Assembly: GCA_000320545.1 (NCBI GenBank) | Contig: ADNK01001960.1 | Coordinates: forward strand, 62,001 to 126,000 | Direction of reading: 5' to 3' | Length of the DNA stretch: 64,000 nt | DNA from: Bigelowiella natans CCMP2755 | Taxonomy: Eukaryota > Protista > Cercozoa | Part shown: piece by piece, positions 25,291 through 40,010 of the stretch | Layout: every line of letters starts with the position of its first letter | Position numbering within the stretch: the first letter of the stretch is position 1 | Position numbers and translations under genes: made by a program | Notes under the pieces: generated by a model | What the model was told of the DNA's origin: nothing | The model's database searches: none | What the model saw: only the letters and a program-made list of their open reading frames with translations

Positions 25291-25510
25291 AAGACGGATG
25301 TAATTAATCAATTAATTTTGTTCAACGGTCATCCTTATGTAGCTGTGTGTGATATAGACTCATATATATGTATCTAGATAGCTAGCAAGCGCGTACGTTG
25401 GCACTGCCGCGCACTAGCTAGTTATATAAGCACATGGGCTGAGGAAAAATGAATGAATGCATGCATATACAGATTAAACAACAACAATATGATTTTTTGT
25501 CATCCGTCTA
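25291..25510. mobile_element. Degenerate second copy of the same MITE family
   Basis: AAGACGGATGTAATT at 25291 and a degenerate inverted end CATCCGTCT at 25501-25509. Confidence 0.5.
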
Positions 25511-25918
25511 ATCTTACAATATGGTTTTTACGTCATAGCTAGATAGAGCTGCGCACACATGCACGCTACTCTTACAATGATTCATAAATTAACATTTTAA
25601 TCAAGAATGAAAGAGTTTGGGCTTCAGCTAATCACACACAAGCCTACAATCTAGCAATGCTAGTAAAAGCTTCATGTTCTATGTTGCTGCACGAGTACTA
25701 CACACTCGCACTGGATTTGACAGACGTCTAATATGACTGAAACTAGAACTAACACCTTGCAGCGACAGGAATAGCTAGATAGGTAACGGTTGGATGTTGG
25801 ACTGTTTGAAGGGTGTGTTTGTGTGTGTGTGTGTGTGATAGATGGTGCTGCTGCTGTTGTCTTCGCCTCTTTCATATCATCATTTTTCTGTCGTCGCCCT
25901 CTTCGATTCGTTACTCTC

Positions 25919-28331
25919 TTACGTGTCGAGCATGCACAGCATCGCAACCCCCCTGCGGATCCAATGGCCGGGGTCTACGTCCGTATCGAGGTACATGAAC
26001 AACACGAAGTTAGACGAGTGACCAGTCGTAGTCAGGGTTCCCGCTCGTATGGACGTCTTGTAGGTTGGGCACTCAAAGCAATCCTTCTGCGCCCAGTCCT
26101 TCTTCGTGATCGGGTCGAGCCAGATCGGCGGCATGGGTGAAAATAGAACGTTACGGTCAGATTCCCTCAGTTTAGCCTGCTTCAGGTCCCAGCCCGCTCC
26201 CTGAAGGAACAAACCATATGCGTAGGCTCCTCTGGCTGGGGTTTCAGTTATCTTGCTCTCATCCTCGATCTAAAGCAGTAAACAGTGGATAATTCGTTTG
26301 CTGTCAGAAAATTGTGAAATCTGTCATTTTCACATGCATGAAAACAAAAGCAGCAAAAATGGGGAAAACATGTAACGACCTTGAGTGGCTCGGTGCGGAA
26401 ACGAAGCGTGTCAATCGGTATCTTTGTTTTACGCGCGAAACGTTGGAGGACAGACGTCATGAAGCCCTGCGGGAAGAAGAATCCAGGGATCCAGTAGGCT
26501 TTAGGCGGCCCCTTTTCTAGCCAGCCCCGCATGAATCTTAGACGGGTCTCCATGTCGTTGTACCACGACCCAAGAGGCTTGAGGCAAGGATAGAGCGCCC
26601 ACAGGTCCGGCACACGATTCAGCATGAAGCAATTGAATATCGTCTCGAGCTCGCTGGACATGACCTGGAGGCCTTTGATAGCGTCCTTGAGGTCCTTGAG
26701 GGACTTCCCGATGACCGAAAGCAATTTATTGAACTTCACAATTTCCTGGCTCAAGAATACCGCGAGAGTGTTCTTTCCCTCATTCATGCCTTCGAAGGTG
26801 TCGGGGTGAGCACCCTTTTTAGTCAACATCTTGGGTAGTCGCCGCTCAAACTCCTCCGCCATTTCTGTCACCTTCTGCGCCGGTGTTTTGGCTCCTTCGC
26901 CGCCGCCTGCAGCTGCCGCACTCGGTGCCGTGAGAATGATGGAGTTGAGAAGAGCGTTAGACTCTTTGAGCTGGTAAGTGATGTTTGCGTTGTCGTGTAG
27001 GCCGAAGACCTCTGGCTTGTCAAGGGATGGAAGATTCTCCACGTACTTGATGACGTCAGCCAATTTGGTTTCTTCTGTGGGGTAGTAATGTCCGGAGGAG
27101 GAGTAAGTGTAGCCTTTCGTCAACGCCTTCTCGTTGATAGTGATCCAAAGAATTTTCGCCGCCAGGCGGATGTCCTTATCATCAGTAATACGGCCTCCGT
27201 AGTTCACCTCCCCAATCACATACCGCAGCGTCTCCCACGGCACCACATCCTGCTCGTCGAGATTCATGCGAAGTTGAGAGATGGACACCTCAAGATCGCT
27301 ATTCATCCACTCGTAAGGGATGTTCCATCCTATGGCACCGAATTTACGCCTCTCTTGACACACAGCATGGAAGAAGGCCAAACCAAACAGTAGCTTCTTG
27401 AAGATCTCGGGCTTGGAGCATCCCTCGAATGTCGACTCCTCCAGGTCCAGGAACGTGCGCTTCATGTTGGCTTTGAGGCCCTTGGGAGGCTCGTTCGTTA
27501 CCTTGATGCTCTGTTGCAAAATCGAGACCGGGAACTTGGACGTTGGCATGGAGGTTAGCCAGAGTCGGTAGTTCTCATGGACGTCCTCTTTTGCCGCTTT
27601 CTCCAAGACCTGCTCGAGTTTTGGAAGCCATGAGACGGACAGGTGGCAGTTTTGAAGGCACACCCAGCCTCCACTCTCTTGCGCCTGCTTCATCAGCGCC
27701 TCCGCCTTCGGACCTTGCCCTTGCCCGAGGGAGATATACGTGAATTGCGATTCTTCAATGCCCTGGTCTCGAGCCAGCTTGAGGAGGTATCCCATCGGAT
27801 CTGCTCCAGGGGAGAGGACGAAAATTATCGGCGTTCGGTGGTCGGAGTCCTCATAAACGCCCTTCAGATCCATGGGCGGCGACTCCGTGAACATCTTGCC
27901 CATCGTGTTGAGCACGTACTTCTCGGTGAGATATGTCAGCACATCCTTACGGATCACCTTGATCACCAGCAGCTTCTGGAATTCGGAGAGGGAGCTCTTG
28001 AGAGCGTCGGGGAGCGGCAATGTGGTAGGGTTGTCGTTGTCCATGATCTTGCGCAGCCCCTCGAGGACCTTGGCATCTCCAGTGATGAGATCGGGCTTGT
28101 TCATCACCGTTTCGAGTGTGGTGAGCATGCGCCATTTCTGTTCTTCGATCCACTGCGGTTTGGGCTTCGTTTCCTTGGCCTCCTCGGCGCGGATGAAGAA
28201 CGCGAACTCGCTCGGGGTTATATCACCCGCTCCCATCTGTATCTTGGCTGCGATCAGGAAGGAGAAGAGAGGCTTGTCCTTTTCGAATAACCCTCGGCAA
28301 ATGTTCACGTACCTGCGTTAGAACAGTTTAA

Positions 28332-28362
<31 letters not shown>

Positions 28363-28409
28363 GGGTGGTGATGAGCGACAAGATTGTGGCGTACATGACT
28401 CGAGCATTC

Positions 28410-28446
<37 letters not shown>

Positions 28447-31331
28447 CGCTATCACCACCTTGATCACCACCAACGTGAACACCACCATCACCACATCATA
28501 ATAATAATCATATAGTCTTATTACATGTTGAGGGTGATGTCTTTGAGCAGGATGTCGAGCCGTGTCTTGAGGTCCTCGGGGTCTTTTGGCTTCTCCGACT
28601 TGTTGATTCTCATTCGATAAAGCTGAACAAAATACACCAGAGAGTACTGGTACATCGGGTCCACAAGGGAGAGATCTGCGATAATGAAATACAGAATCGA
28701 AGCTCGGGTCGCCACAATGCGGTACTTTTCTCGGGTAATATTGATCGTGGCCACGACCTTCTCCGCCTCCGACACCCTCTCTTTTACCGCGGTACTTGTG
28801 ACTTTGCTTTGCGCCAGGGTGTTGATGAGAGTTTCGTTATCGAGAATGTTTCCCTTGGCCTCGGAGAGCATACGGAGAATCTGCTTCTCTATGTCCGCTA
28901 GCTTTTGCTGATCTGCCGCGATCTGGAGGATGAGCTCGTCGTTCTTCTCCTCCAAGTCAGCTCGCTCGAGCTTGCAGACCTCTACGAGAAGCTGGTCCTC
29001 AAGCCCCTTAGGCGTCACAGTGAAGTTGACAATCGTCGTCTTGATGAAGATCTCCGGCATGTAGTGCGGGTTCGGCAGTTTGGTTGTGATGAAGAAACTG
29101 AACTTCTTGCTCCAGGGAACATCCTGATCCATGAAGCGCAAGACCATTTGACCTTGCTTCTTGAAGACCTGCTTCCTGAGAACAGGGTCAAGAGCTGCAT
29201 CGAGCTCCTCCTCCACGTTCTCCATGAGGACAGGTGTGCCAAGAGATATGGCGTTCTGCAGGATGTTAAGGTACTTGGGATTCGACTGCTTCACCACCTG
29301 CAACTTGTTTTTGGCGCCCATATTCTTGGTCCACCTGTTTGCCTGGCCCTGAGGGTCGATCATCAGAGGCCAGCGGCCACCGATTGTTGTGATCAGGCCG
29401 TTTTCGGTCGAATAATTGTCGGCGGGAAGGCCTTCGATGTTCCACTGACGGACAATGAGAGGGTCTGAGAGAACACCCACAAGTGAGAAGCTTGGGTCAA
29501 CCGGGATTGTCTTTGACACGCAGCTCTTGATCCACTGCTTGCATATCTTCTCTCGGAATGGAGCCGTGAAGGGCCCTAGGTAGGAGATAAAACCGGCACC
29601 TAAGAGAATGTTCCCGGTGAGGTTGACAGTGTCCTTCTCGAGCTTGATTGCTGTTTGTTTCCAACGCACAGCTTCGGAGGAGAGGCCACCGGTAAGCTTT
29701 CCGGCACGAACTAGACGCGCTTCCGCCTGGGCGATGTTCTTCTTGAGGTCGTCCCTCTGCTTGATCTTTTTGCGGTAGGTCTGCTGCAGGCCGCGGACTT
29801 TGTCCTGAACTTCTTTGAGAGCGCCCATTTTTACGTCCAGCTTATCTTTGGCTTCTTTGAGTTCACCCTCTGCTTTCTTCAGAGCCTCGCGCTTAGGCTC
29901 GATCTCTTTGGCGACGGTAGCGTAAATGTACATGGCCTTAGCCCAAAGACAAAGCGACACGGCGGCGGACGAGACTTTCGAGAGTTCCTCTTTTGTCAGA
30001 TCTTTGTCTTCAGTGTAGGGTTTCAGCTTCTTGAGGATCCTCGATGCAATTTCGTCTTTCTTGTATTCTTGGCACATCTTGATGAACTTGCTGTTAGAGA
30101 GCAGTTTTTTGGAGGTTGCCCAGTCGGTTTTGCCCTTGACGTCGGGGAGATCACGGAACAGGATGCAAACGGCTTCCATCACTTTCTTGACTCCGGAAGG
30201 TGGGTTAGGGAATCCCTTCATCACTCCAATGTCCCTCGAGTTGAGGGTGTCCAGAGCGGCAATCGCTTCGTTGTACGCAGGGAGAGCCCTGTCGAGATCC
30301 TGCTGACACTCATTCTTTTGCTTTTCTACTCGAAGCTGCACCTTCTTGCACGCCTTTGCGTCCCCAGCGCAGTTCTGCTCCTGGACCTTGGCATCTGCCT
30401 GCTCAACTTTAAGGGTTTCGAGCAGCTTGGCGGTCTCTTCGGACTCCTTCTTAAGGACGGGTTGCATCTTGATGATCTTCTCCTTAAGTTCGCCGACCAG
30501 AACCTCAGTATCAGCGAGCTTCTGCAGCCCGTTCTTGTACTTGCTCAGCTTGTCGGAGACGATCGATTTCTGCTCCATGAGCATCTTACTATACTGCTTA
30601 ATCAGGTCGAGGTAGGAGGTCGGGGTCGTGTAGTTGTAGCGACGCTGTGTCGCGAGGAACTCTGTCGTGGCGGTATTGACAGATTGGTGGATAGTGACAC
30701 ACACATTGGCGATGTTCTTCGTCATATCTCCGAGCTCCAGCTCCGGCTTGGCGCCCAGTAGGCGCTCTGCGACTGTGAAGAGAGCCTCATCTGGCCATGC
30801 ATCGAACCAGTCAATCGTACAGCAGTTAACCAATGCGGGATATTGCCGGCACCGTGAGCGGAACCCGTCGCCTACTGGGGAGAACGTCAGGACAATGTGC
30901 AGATTCTGGCGCACCTGCTCGATGAAAAATTTGTACGCGTTGCCTCGCGTGACGGGCATACCCTCGTTCGCGAGCTTCGGCTTTATCTTGTTTATAATTT
31001 TGTCGAGATCCTCGGGCTCGAATAGGTTTGGAACCTCGCCGGAGTTGAGTATGTTGTTTATGTTCTCAAGGAATGACTCTTTCACAACCTGGGTGTCTGA
31101 GAAGATGAAAACGATGCCCTCGCCCTCCGCACCAGCGGTGTACATAATCGATTTGAGGTCCTCCTTCCACTCGACCTCACCATAGCCTCGCTTCAACTCA
31201 ATCGATTTCGATTGATAGTCGTTGAGGAAAGCTGCGAACCTGGTCAGGCTCTGTCGACCGCTTCCTCCCATACCTGCATTGATTTTGTGAGTGTTTTAGA
31301 TTTGGGGGGATAGCACAAGAGCGAGCGAGCG

Positions 31332-31424
<93 letters not shown>

Positions 31425-34400
31425 GAGAGAGAGAGAGACAGAGAGACAGAGAGATGGGTTTGGGGTCTAATGTGCTACATTGAACTTGTATTACCAATTA
31501 GAAGGGCATTGCCACGTGGCTGCCTCAGCACGCGAGCGATACGGGACATGTGCATGATCGCGTCCTGGAAGAAGACCAGGTGCATCTGGTTGGATTCGGA
31601 GCTGTTGTATTCGACAAGGAATTCGTCCAGTGCTTTAGGAAGGGCCTCCATATCCGTGATAGGAGCGTAGCGTTTCTCGCCAGACGCGTAATCGCCGAAT
31701 AGCGATCCGTTGAAGTCCTTTGCCTTCCACTTCATCTCAAATTTTTCTGTCAGCCGCTCCACGCACTGACCATCAAACCACTTCCGATCCTCAATGGATA
31801 TCAGCCTATCTCGGAACACGCGAGCGCTTTCGTGCATCCAGAGCTTAAGAAGTACCTTGTTGTCGGTTAGATCCTTCTTGTCCGCCATCATGATTCCCTG
31901 CACAACCTTAGAGAGGTCGCGCAGATTGAAGGTGTAGTGTGATTTAGTCGGCGTCGGCAACATCTCCTGGCACATCTTCACATACGTTTGAACCGAAGCC
32001 TCGACGATGTTGCCCGCCATGGAAACGAGATCTGGCGCGTTGAGCTCCAGGTATCCGCCCAAGATGAGCGAGAATATGTTCCTCATCGACTTCTCCGAAA
32101 GCTGTGGTTCCCATATTAGGTGGAAGTGTCGAGTCGCACGTGCCGTGATCTCACTCCTTCCTCCGCCTGGAGGCGCACAAGCAGCAACAAATAGAATATC
32201 GGTAATGTTTCTCAGGAAGAGTTTCTTCCTATCGTAGAAGCCTCCCTGGTCAATACACTGACGCATGAGCTCGATGGGTGGCTGGGCTCCGTAAATCTCC
32301 TTGGTTGGCATGTTCACGTCGTCAATGAAGATCACGATCTTCATACCAAATGGGGCGCCCAGGAGTGTTTTGCGCTTCTGCACGAGCTTTGTCTCGAGGA
32401 CATCCTGCAAGTTCTGCGACGTCGTTTGAGCCGAGAAGGTGACTGGAACATACTTGAATTTTTCGGTGATCTTTTCGTCCTGGAAGAAGTTCTGTACGAT
32501 GACAGTCTTACCCACACCTGTCTCCCCGATGAACTTGGAACAGATGTCGTTTGAAGTGAGCAGCTCAAGGAGGTACTTGAACTTTGTCGTGTCTTCGGTA
32601 GGCACCAGGATGTTGAAGAAGGGCATCTTCGCATCGAATTCGTACTCAGGAATCATATCGGTCCATGGAATAAACTTGCCCTCGTCAATGTCTATCCAGT
32701 AATCGTACACCGTGCCCTCGGAAGGGAAATCCGGCGCGAGATTCTTAAGCAGGTTCTTCTTGAGAAGAGCGTCAAACTTTTTCTGCGAGACGTCGTGGAG
32801 GTTAGCACCGAATGACCAAATTATAGCCAGAAACATGTACTTCTTTGCTAGGGTGTGGCGCTCCTCTGCATCGCTATACTTGTCGATGCCGTTGTCGGGA
32901 ACGAGAAGAGCCCCCAGGAGACCGAGACAGCTCCTCACGAGGTTCTTGTCAACGCTACGCACGCGCTCAACACCCTCCGTTCGAATGAATTCGATGATAG
33001 GCCCGATTTCGTCCATGAGAATTGCAGTCACTTTTTTGGCCTCGTCAGGAGCTACAGTCTTCACCTCCGCCTTCCACGTGCGGATAAGCGGCTTCCAGCC
33101 AAGATGCAAAGGCTCGAGGTAGACCATTCCACACCGCGACACGGTCGCAGGGGAAGCCTCCGACAGAGAATCGTTCTCGAACACCATGGACATTGTCCCC
33201 GGAATCTTGATCACTTCGCCGTTACCTGGAGCGTAGATGAGAGAAAATGATGGGAAGGAAGCAATTATCTCACGCGGATAACTATGACCCTCTCTTGTAA
33301 AAGCATAAGAACCATGACATGGGGGTGGGGTGAAGGAATCCAACCGTGGAAAAACAAGGTGAGGGCTTACCGAGGCAGAGAGCCTTGTTGTCATCGAGGA
33401 CCGTATTCATCGACTCAATCCAGAGCGTGTCTACTGGCCCATCAAACAAGCACCATTTCTTGCAGTCTTCAGAATCCTCGCAAAACTCTCTTGTAATTTT
33501 TCCTGTGTAACAAAACACATCATCGCATTGTGAGACAGACCTCCAGTATCACAATGCCGTTCATTGTACAAGCATCTCATGAGTGCGTGCGAATCTCTCT
33601 CAAATCAGGCTGCAACTCACCGATGAGCCCGTCGGTCCACTCTTGGGTGATGGGGTGCTCGAAGCCGTAGAGCTCCTCCATTTCCACGGACTTGGGGTTG
33701 ACCACGACTTTCTTGACTTTCTTGAACTCGGGCGTCCTGTCGTCTGGGTTCTTAATTTTCTTGGCCTCCACGACGGCCAGGGTGCCGAGGGCCTTTTCGA
33801 GCGCGGTGATGAGGGTGGTCTTTCCGCTCATTGTTGAACCAACGACCATAACTCCGTGGCGCACGATCATTGTCTCATGGAGCTGCAGCACCTTGTCAGT
33901 GAACGGTTTTACATTATCGCTCGCCTCGAGTTCCATCTTCACCAGCTCAGCTTTGATGGTCTCCTCAAGCGCCCCGTAGTTGACGCTGGGTGGGTTGATG
34001 CCGGGGAAGAGGTCCGAGATGATTCCTCGGAACAATGGCAAGTCGTGGTCGAGGAACTTGGGCACGTTGCTGTCCCGCATCGCACGGATGAGCAGCACGT
34101 CTTCGGTTTGGTTGGGGTTGTTACGCTTAAGAGAGCCAGCCATGACAAGTACCGACTTTACAGCACGCATACCAAAGTCGTAGTGGTCCTGCTTGGACAG
34201 CTGCTCAGAGCTTAAACGGTAAAGCTGGGCCATTTTCTGCGAGAGCGTCGTCGCGTCGCGGAAGCCCTCAGAGAACAGAATGATCTGTGCAATCAACGCG
34301 TAGTCAGGAATCATCATCGCTACCGGGCGGAAGAGCGCCTTAAGGTTGTCTGGAAGCTCCGTTCGCCCTGCGTAACCAGGGTTCATAGTGATGAAGACGC

Positions 34401-37273
34401 CGAACATCGGATTCACGCCGATCATGCGACCCGAGAACATCACTTCCTTCTTTTCCTGGACGATCGCCTGCTGAATTGTAAGGATCTGCTCGGCGATGAC
34501 GGACAAGACTTCGATGTCGATTCGGTTGAACTCGTCGAAGCAGCAGAAAGCCCCGCACTGCGAGAGGCCAGAGAAGAAACGGGCCATGAATGCGGCTGTC
34601 AAACCATCTGAGCAGTTGAACACGACGATCTTGACGGCAAGTGACTTTGCAAGATCCTTGACCGTTTCCGTCTTACCCGTCCCTGCTGGTCCGGCGGGCG
34701 CCCCCCCTTTGTGGAGATGAAGGGCTCCTGTGAGCGTGAGATAGCACTTGTCGGTCAGGGGGGTGATAACAAGTCGACCCGCACAGCCTTGGTACTCGTA
34801 GGAACACTTGAATTTGGCGTTAGTTTGGCGGATAATGGATTCCTCGCCCTCCTGACATTGCCCAGGCTCGATGTTCCCGAGCTTAAGGACCTTAGTGCCT
34901 TTCGAGCTCTGCTTTCCATCCTCCCCTTCTTCTTCGTCGTCGTCGCCTCCGGCGCCCTCCCAGTAATACCGCATCTGCTTGGTCCACTGGAAGTCGCTGA
35001 TGGACGCGACACCGTCCTCTACCATATCCTTTACGACATCACGGGCGTGCACGTCAATGATGAGAAGCTGCGACATCAGCTTTCTCTGGAGCTTCGTCAG
35101 CTTGCCTCGCACGCGATCGACCATGGTTCCTATCTGCTCCTTGGAGAACTCGTAGAAATTCTTGAGCGCATTTTTGTCGCGCCCGGACTGCATCTCAAGC
35201 AGAGCCTTCATGCAATTATTGGTCCACATTGTCATGTCAGACTGGAGAATACACATCGCCGGCCAGCGGTTGAACCAGTCGTTGCGGTTTCTCTTCCCGA
35301 CGGGGTAGTCGAGGAGGGATGCTTTGATCTGGTTACGGACCGTGCGCTGCATCATCTTCTCGATCTCACCGAGCCACACCTCGGGGTTGCCCTTGGTGAA
35401 GATCGGCTCCGTGAATTTGACGACCTCACCCTTCATACTCTTCATATGAGTTACTTCGTTCGAATTCCGCACGTCCGTGAACTTCAGTCGCGCGATGTTG
35501 TCGAAACATTTGAGGAGATGCGGCTGGACTGCCTGCGGATCCCGAGTCTGCGAGAGGATGACGAGCAGCTCGTCGTTGGAGAGGAAATAGAAGCGCGCGA
35601 ACGCGGCACGCTTCGTCTCAAGATAGTCCTCAAGCTCCTTCTGTATCTTGTCGAGCTTCTTGTTGGCGCTTAGAAACATGTCGAGAATGGCTCGATCCTG
35701 GATGATTTTCATAACATTGGGCTCCTTGTGGACTTCCCGCTGTGTTTTGCGGAAGAAGCGATCCACCTCTTTGAACATCGCCGCCTCCTTCTGCATCGCC
35801 TTTCGGATGTCGTCGGATGCAAAGATCGGTTCCAAGTACCTTCAGGATACAAGAAAAAGGGGGAGAGGGAGCGAGAAGGAGGTAAGTGCACGGGTAATAG
35901 AGGCATAGAAGTACACAGATATTCAGTCGCAATGTCGTATGTTTGGGTGGTGCCATGATGTAAATGTTCGAGTGGAATCGTGTTTTGGATGCGCCGTCTT
36001 ACATCCAATTTCTTTGGCAGAGCAGCCATTCGTCCAGGAGATCTGAGAGGAATGAAAGGTCCTTTGCCCACTTCTCCACCTCTTCCTGCATTATTCCGAT
36101 GAACGGCGACCCGAGCATCGACTGCAGGTTCACTTGGTGATCCTCGATTAGCGTAGTGACCGCCTCCACATCGCCAAGGCAAAAGTCCTTCTTCGACTCC
36201 CTGTAGGGTGTCTGTTCGAAGGCCATGTCCTTCCACTCTTTGTCGATCTTGACGAGCTTCTGTTCCAGGATGTATTCGCCCTGCGCGGCCCCTGCAATAT
36301 CGGAGACGAGGTTGCGCTTGTCGTACATCTTCAGCTCCGAACGGATGCGGTCAACATTCAACTCATTGAGTGGGATCTCCTCTATATCGAGTTTCTCCCA
36401 AAGCTGAGTCCAGTGCTTAGGCTTCATAGCTTCTGAGCCGATCTCCACGAGCATGGGCATTTCCCCCTTCCACTTCTGTGTCATCTGTTTGAACTTCTTG
36501 GTCACGGCGGAGTTCTTCTCGGCCTTGTTGAGTTTTGAGGCAAGCGAGAATGTCTCTTTGACTTGCTGGTCCATGTCCAGCACATTCAGCTTGTTGAAAG
36601 GTGCCTTATCCCATCCTGTCGTCTGTTTGACAAATTTGTCGTAGCTACAATGTAGGGAAGAGAAACAACAACAAGGGAGAGATGTAAGAAGGCTGGTATC
36701 GGAGCAAAATAACGGCCGAGTAGAAACAAAAACTTTGCAATCTTTCTTGCAGCTCATACGAATTAAATAAAGCCGATAAAAGCTGGATGATAAATGGATG
36801 TGAATAGTCCATCGCACGTATGGAAGCACATCTGCTTTCAAATTACTTTAATCCCCCTGCCATACTATTTTTCGAATTATGACAAATTATTGCTCCCCCC
36901 CCCCCCCCTGTATGGATACCTGGACCAAATCTTTTCCTTGGAATCATAGAGCTCGTTCACCGCCTCGATCTCCTTGAACTTGACGGTCGCAACCTTGAAC
37001 GCGGTTTGGTGCGAGTTCGCGTCTTCGGCGCGCTGCAACAAGTCATCAATCGTCGCCTTGGCCTTGGCGAGCTCCTCCATTACGTTGGCAGGTTCTTGTT
37101 TGGCATCGGTGTATGGAGCTTCGACCAAGGATGCTTTCACCTTCTTCAGCTCGACATTGATCTGCTTTATGTTCTTTACCACCTCGACCTTGCGGCCCCT
37201 GATCTGAGCTTGCTCATAACCTAGGGGATTGTGTGTTGAAAAATGTAAGAGAAAAGACCGTCCGTCTCGCCCC

Positions 37274-37315
<42 letters not shown>

Positions 37316-40010
37316 ATCACACGCGTATAACATTCCTACACGCGCGGATAAAATCCTAATATCCTAGGTATATCCTAGAATAAGCTGTAACACGGGGGAC
37401 AGAGAAGGGTATTATCCAAGAAAGAGAGGGATTTCTTCTCACCTAAAGCGTTTGTCAATTCCTTCTCGAACTTCTTTTTTGCCTTCTTGAGATTGGTGAG
37501 CAGCAGCTTCTCCGTAGGTAACAACTCAACACCATAGTGCTCAAGCAAGTAAGACATGCGCTCCACCTTCTTGTACTCCTCAGTTAGCGTTTCCTTGATC
37601 TCACGCACCTCTCTGAGCTTTTCGACGTAGGTTGCAAACTCTTGCAGGCTCGCTGGCCGCGCAGCTACGAGCTTATCCTGCTCCTCGTAGCGCGTCCTCA
37701 CCGCTGTACTGTTTGTAGAATAGAGCTTTTTCATCATACGCTTCATCGTATTCAGTCGCTTGTCCGCCATTGGCGCTAGCATGCTCTTAAACTGCTCTGT
37801 TTTGCAGTAGTAGGTGGTTCCTCCTTGATAAAGGGTCTTGATCTTCTCCTCAAGGTCTCTCAACCATTGATCCTGCTCTGCCATCGAGTCGCCCAGAGAC
37901 CCAACAGTGCCGCCCTTGGCCTCGAAACTGGCCTCATCCCATGACTTATCACTAACGAAAAGAGGGAAGAAATGGCTGAGCGCCGGTTTGCACTCGTCCC
38001 TGAGAGCGATGAAATCAGCTCTCGTCGTGTTGCGGATACGGATGATGGCCTCGATCCATTCTTCGGACGACGTGACAAGCTGCTCGACATTCAAGCTATG
38101 CGCCGAAGCCAGCGGTGTAAACGCCAGGTACTGCTTGAGGTGTGACATTTGGATCAGGCGCGGTGGTACAGTGTTAACCACCTTGCACACTTGATCCCAC
38201 ATGGTTCGCAGACAGATCTGAACGGCCTGCATCGGAGGTTCAAACACCAGTTTTGGCTCCTCACCGCCGTCGGGATCATCCGCGACTACAACGACTTGTG
38301 TGAACATCTCCTTCATAGCTTTGCGAGTGCGAAGGTTCTGCAGGAACTTTCCGCATCCCACCTTGAGCCCCTGCGCGAACGTTTCGACGGCGATGTAATC
38401 GGCCAACCGGATGAACTCGCCGAGCAAATTGACCTGTGTTAGAATGGAACATCGGTGCAAGACAGTAAGGAGACGAATACCCAACACTGCAAGATAGTAA
38501 TGTGGATGTTGTGGTGATTTTGACAGGGAGAAGACAAGCAGAAGGTAAGGACTATGCGCTCAGCTGGATTAGGGCGGACAAAATTATATTACCTCTTCCT
38601 TGCAGTTTTCAGCCTGCTTCTGCTTCGCCTCTCTCTCCAGGCGCTCATCCACCATACCCTTGGTTTTAGCCTGGGCGCCGATGATGAGGTTGTTAAAGGC
38701 ATCATCCTCCGGTTTGTCGTCGTGCTCGGTAAGCTTTCTAAGCTGCTTCTTGGCCGTCTTGCAGGTCTGTTCGACAATTTTCTCGCACATGTCGAGGGAG
38801 GCCTCAAGACGTCGTCCACACTCGTTGCGTACCTTCACCTGCTCCTCCTGGAACGCCGTCATGTCGGTTGGATCAGGGAACTCCTTGATGAGCTTACTCT
38901 TGCCAAGACTGTCCACGAGTGCAGATTGAATGTTCAGGATCGGTTCGCAGAAGGTCTCTCGTGCCAGGAAGAGATTATCCATGAGCTTAGCTCGCCTCTC
39001 ACGGTAGGCAGTCTGATGCATGCGGCGGCGCCACGATCGTATTGCTTTGAGCACCAGGTAATTTTTAAAGAACCGGATGCTACGAAGAGTGTTGAAGACA
39101 TTCACCTCTCGCATCCAGTCGGGCATTGCTATGAACTCGGATGGCTGGCCTGTAACCACCTTCACGACGCCTGCAGCCGATATAACGAAGTGGTTCGGAG
39201 GAGTATTTTTAGTCCCCACGATGCTGAGGTCATAGGGACGGTAGGTCTTGTCTTTGATTTCTGGCTGCACACAATTCACGAACTTGAGCGGAGTGCTGGA
39301 TCCGTGTCGCGCGAAGAAAGTTATCGCTTCCTGACTGGTCTTCAGCCCAAGGTCTTTCACCATCTCCCCCAGATCACTGTCTGTGTAGTGTTTCTGCAGT
39401 TTGGAGGGGTCTGGGATGAGGGAAGCATCGTTCTTGCCGTCGGGGATCCGATCCTACAACGATTATGAAAAGAAAATGGATTAGGGACTTAAATTTTGTT
39501 TGGGATTATGGAGAATGTATCCATTTTCTTTCGAAAATTGCGTAGGAGGTAGAATGGCTGCAGTATTACCAACTGCTGGACCATGGAGTCGGAAAATTTG
39601 TGTCCCTGCTCAAGAAAGATGTTTTGGAGAAAGGGCAACTTGAGCGATGTGAGCTTAGGTCCTGTGATGGATTCGTCACCATCGTTCACTAGTTTTGTAG
39701 CCTTCCCTGGAATTTTGCCTTCGGCCGCCTTCTTCATCGCCTTCTCCCCCATAGCACTGCTACTTGTGGGGACATCAAAGCCGTACAGGCGGGACGGATT
39801 GAAGACTCCCTAAGCATAAATGAATAGGACGGTCACACAAGGGACGGTGCAGAAGATGAGAAACCCTGTTTTCATAGTCGAAGTCATTTGATTTTTGTTA
39901 TTAAGTCTTATCTATGATACCGCTGCGCTATCAAGATCTTCTAGGCTTCCATGTACACGTTGCACTCGCTTCGTGGCCATGAGGTCGGCATTAATTTTCC
40001 GGGTCCGCAT
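25919..40010 (-). CDS. DNAH6: Axonemal dynein heavy chain, single-headed inner-arm type (DNAH6-like), 12 exons, roughly 4100 aa
   Basis: Linker ..[11 protein letters not shown]..; AAA1 GPAGTGKT and CFDEFNRI; AAA2 GSTMSGKT; AAA3 GETGVGKT; AAA4 GMGGSGRQ; stalk/MTBD; C-terminal [21 protein letters not shown]...[11 protein letters not shown]. Ten internal GT-AG introns traced in frame; the first exon and intron (start at 40010) are tentative. The N-terminal RPYDLSIV...[17 protein letters not shown] motif and AAA3 GxTGVGK are recalled as DNAH6-type, so the subtype is less certain than the family. Confidence 0.97.
31335..31454. repeat. (GA)n microsatellite, about 120 bp, filling most of a dynein intron
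   Basis: Direct reading; representative of the dozens of (AC)n, (AG)n, (AT)n, (CAT)n, (TAG)n and (GAG)n tracts in the window. Confidence 0.95.

Noticed and set aside
27643-38929. Long + strand ORFs (e.g. 27643-28290, 30069-30761, 34711-35673) and 38554-39468
   Set aside because: Antisense shadows of the GC3-rich dynein exons.
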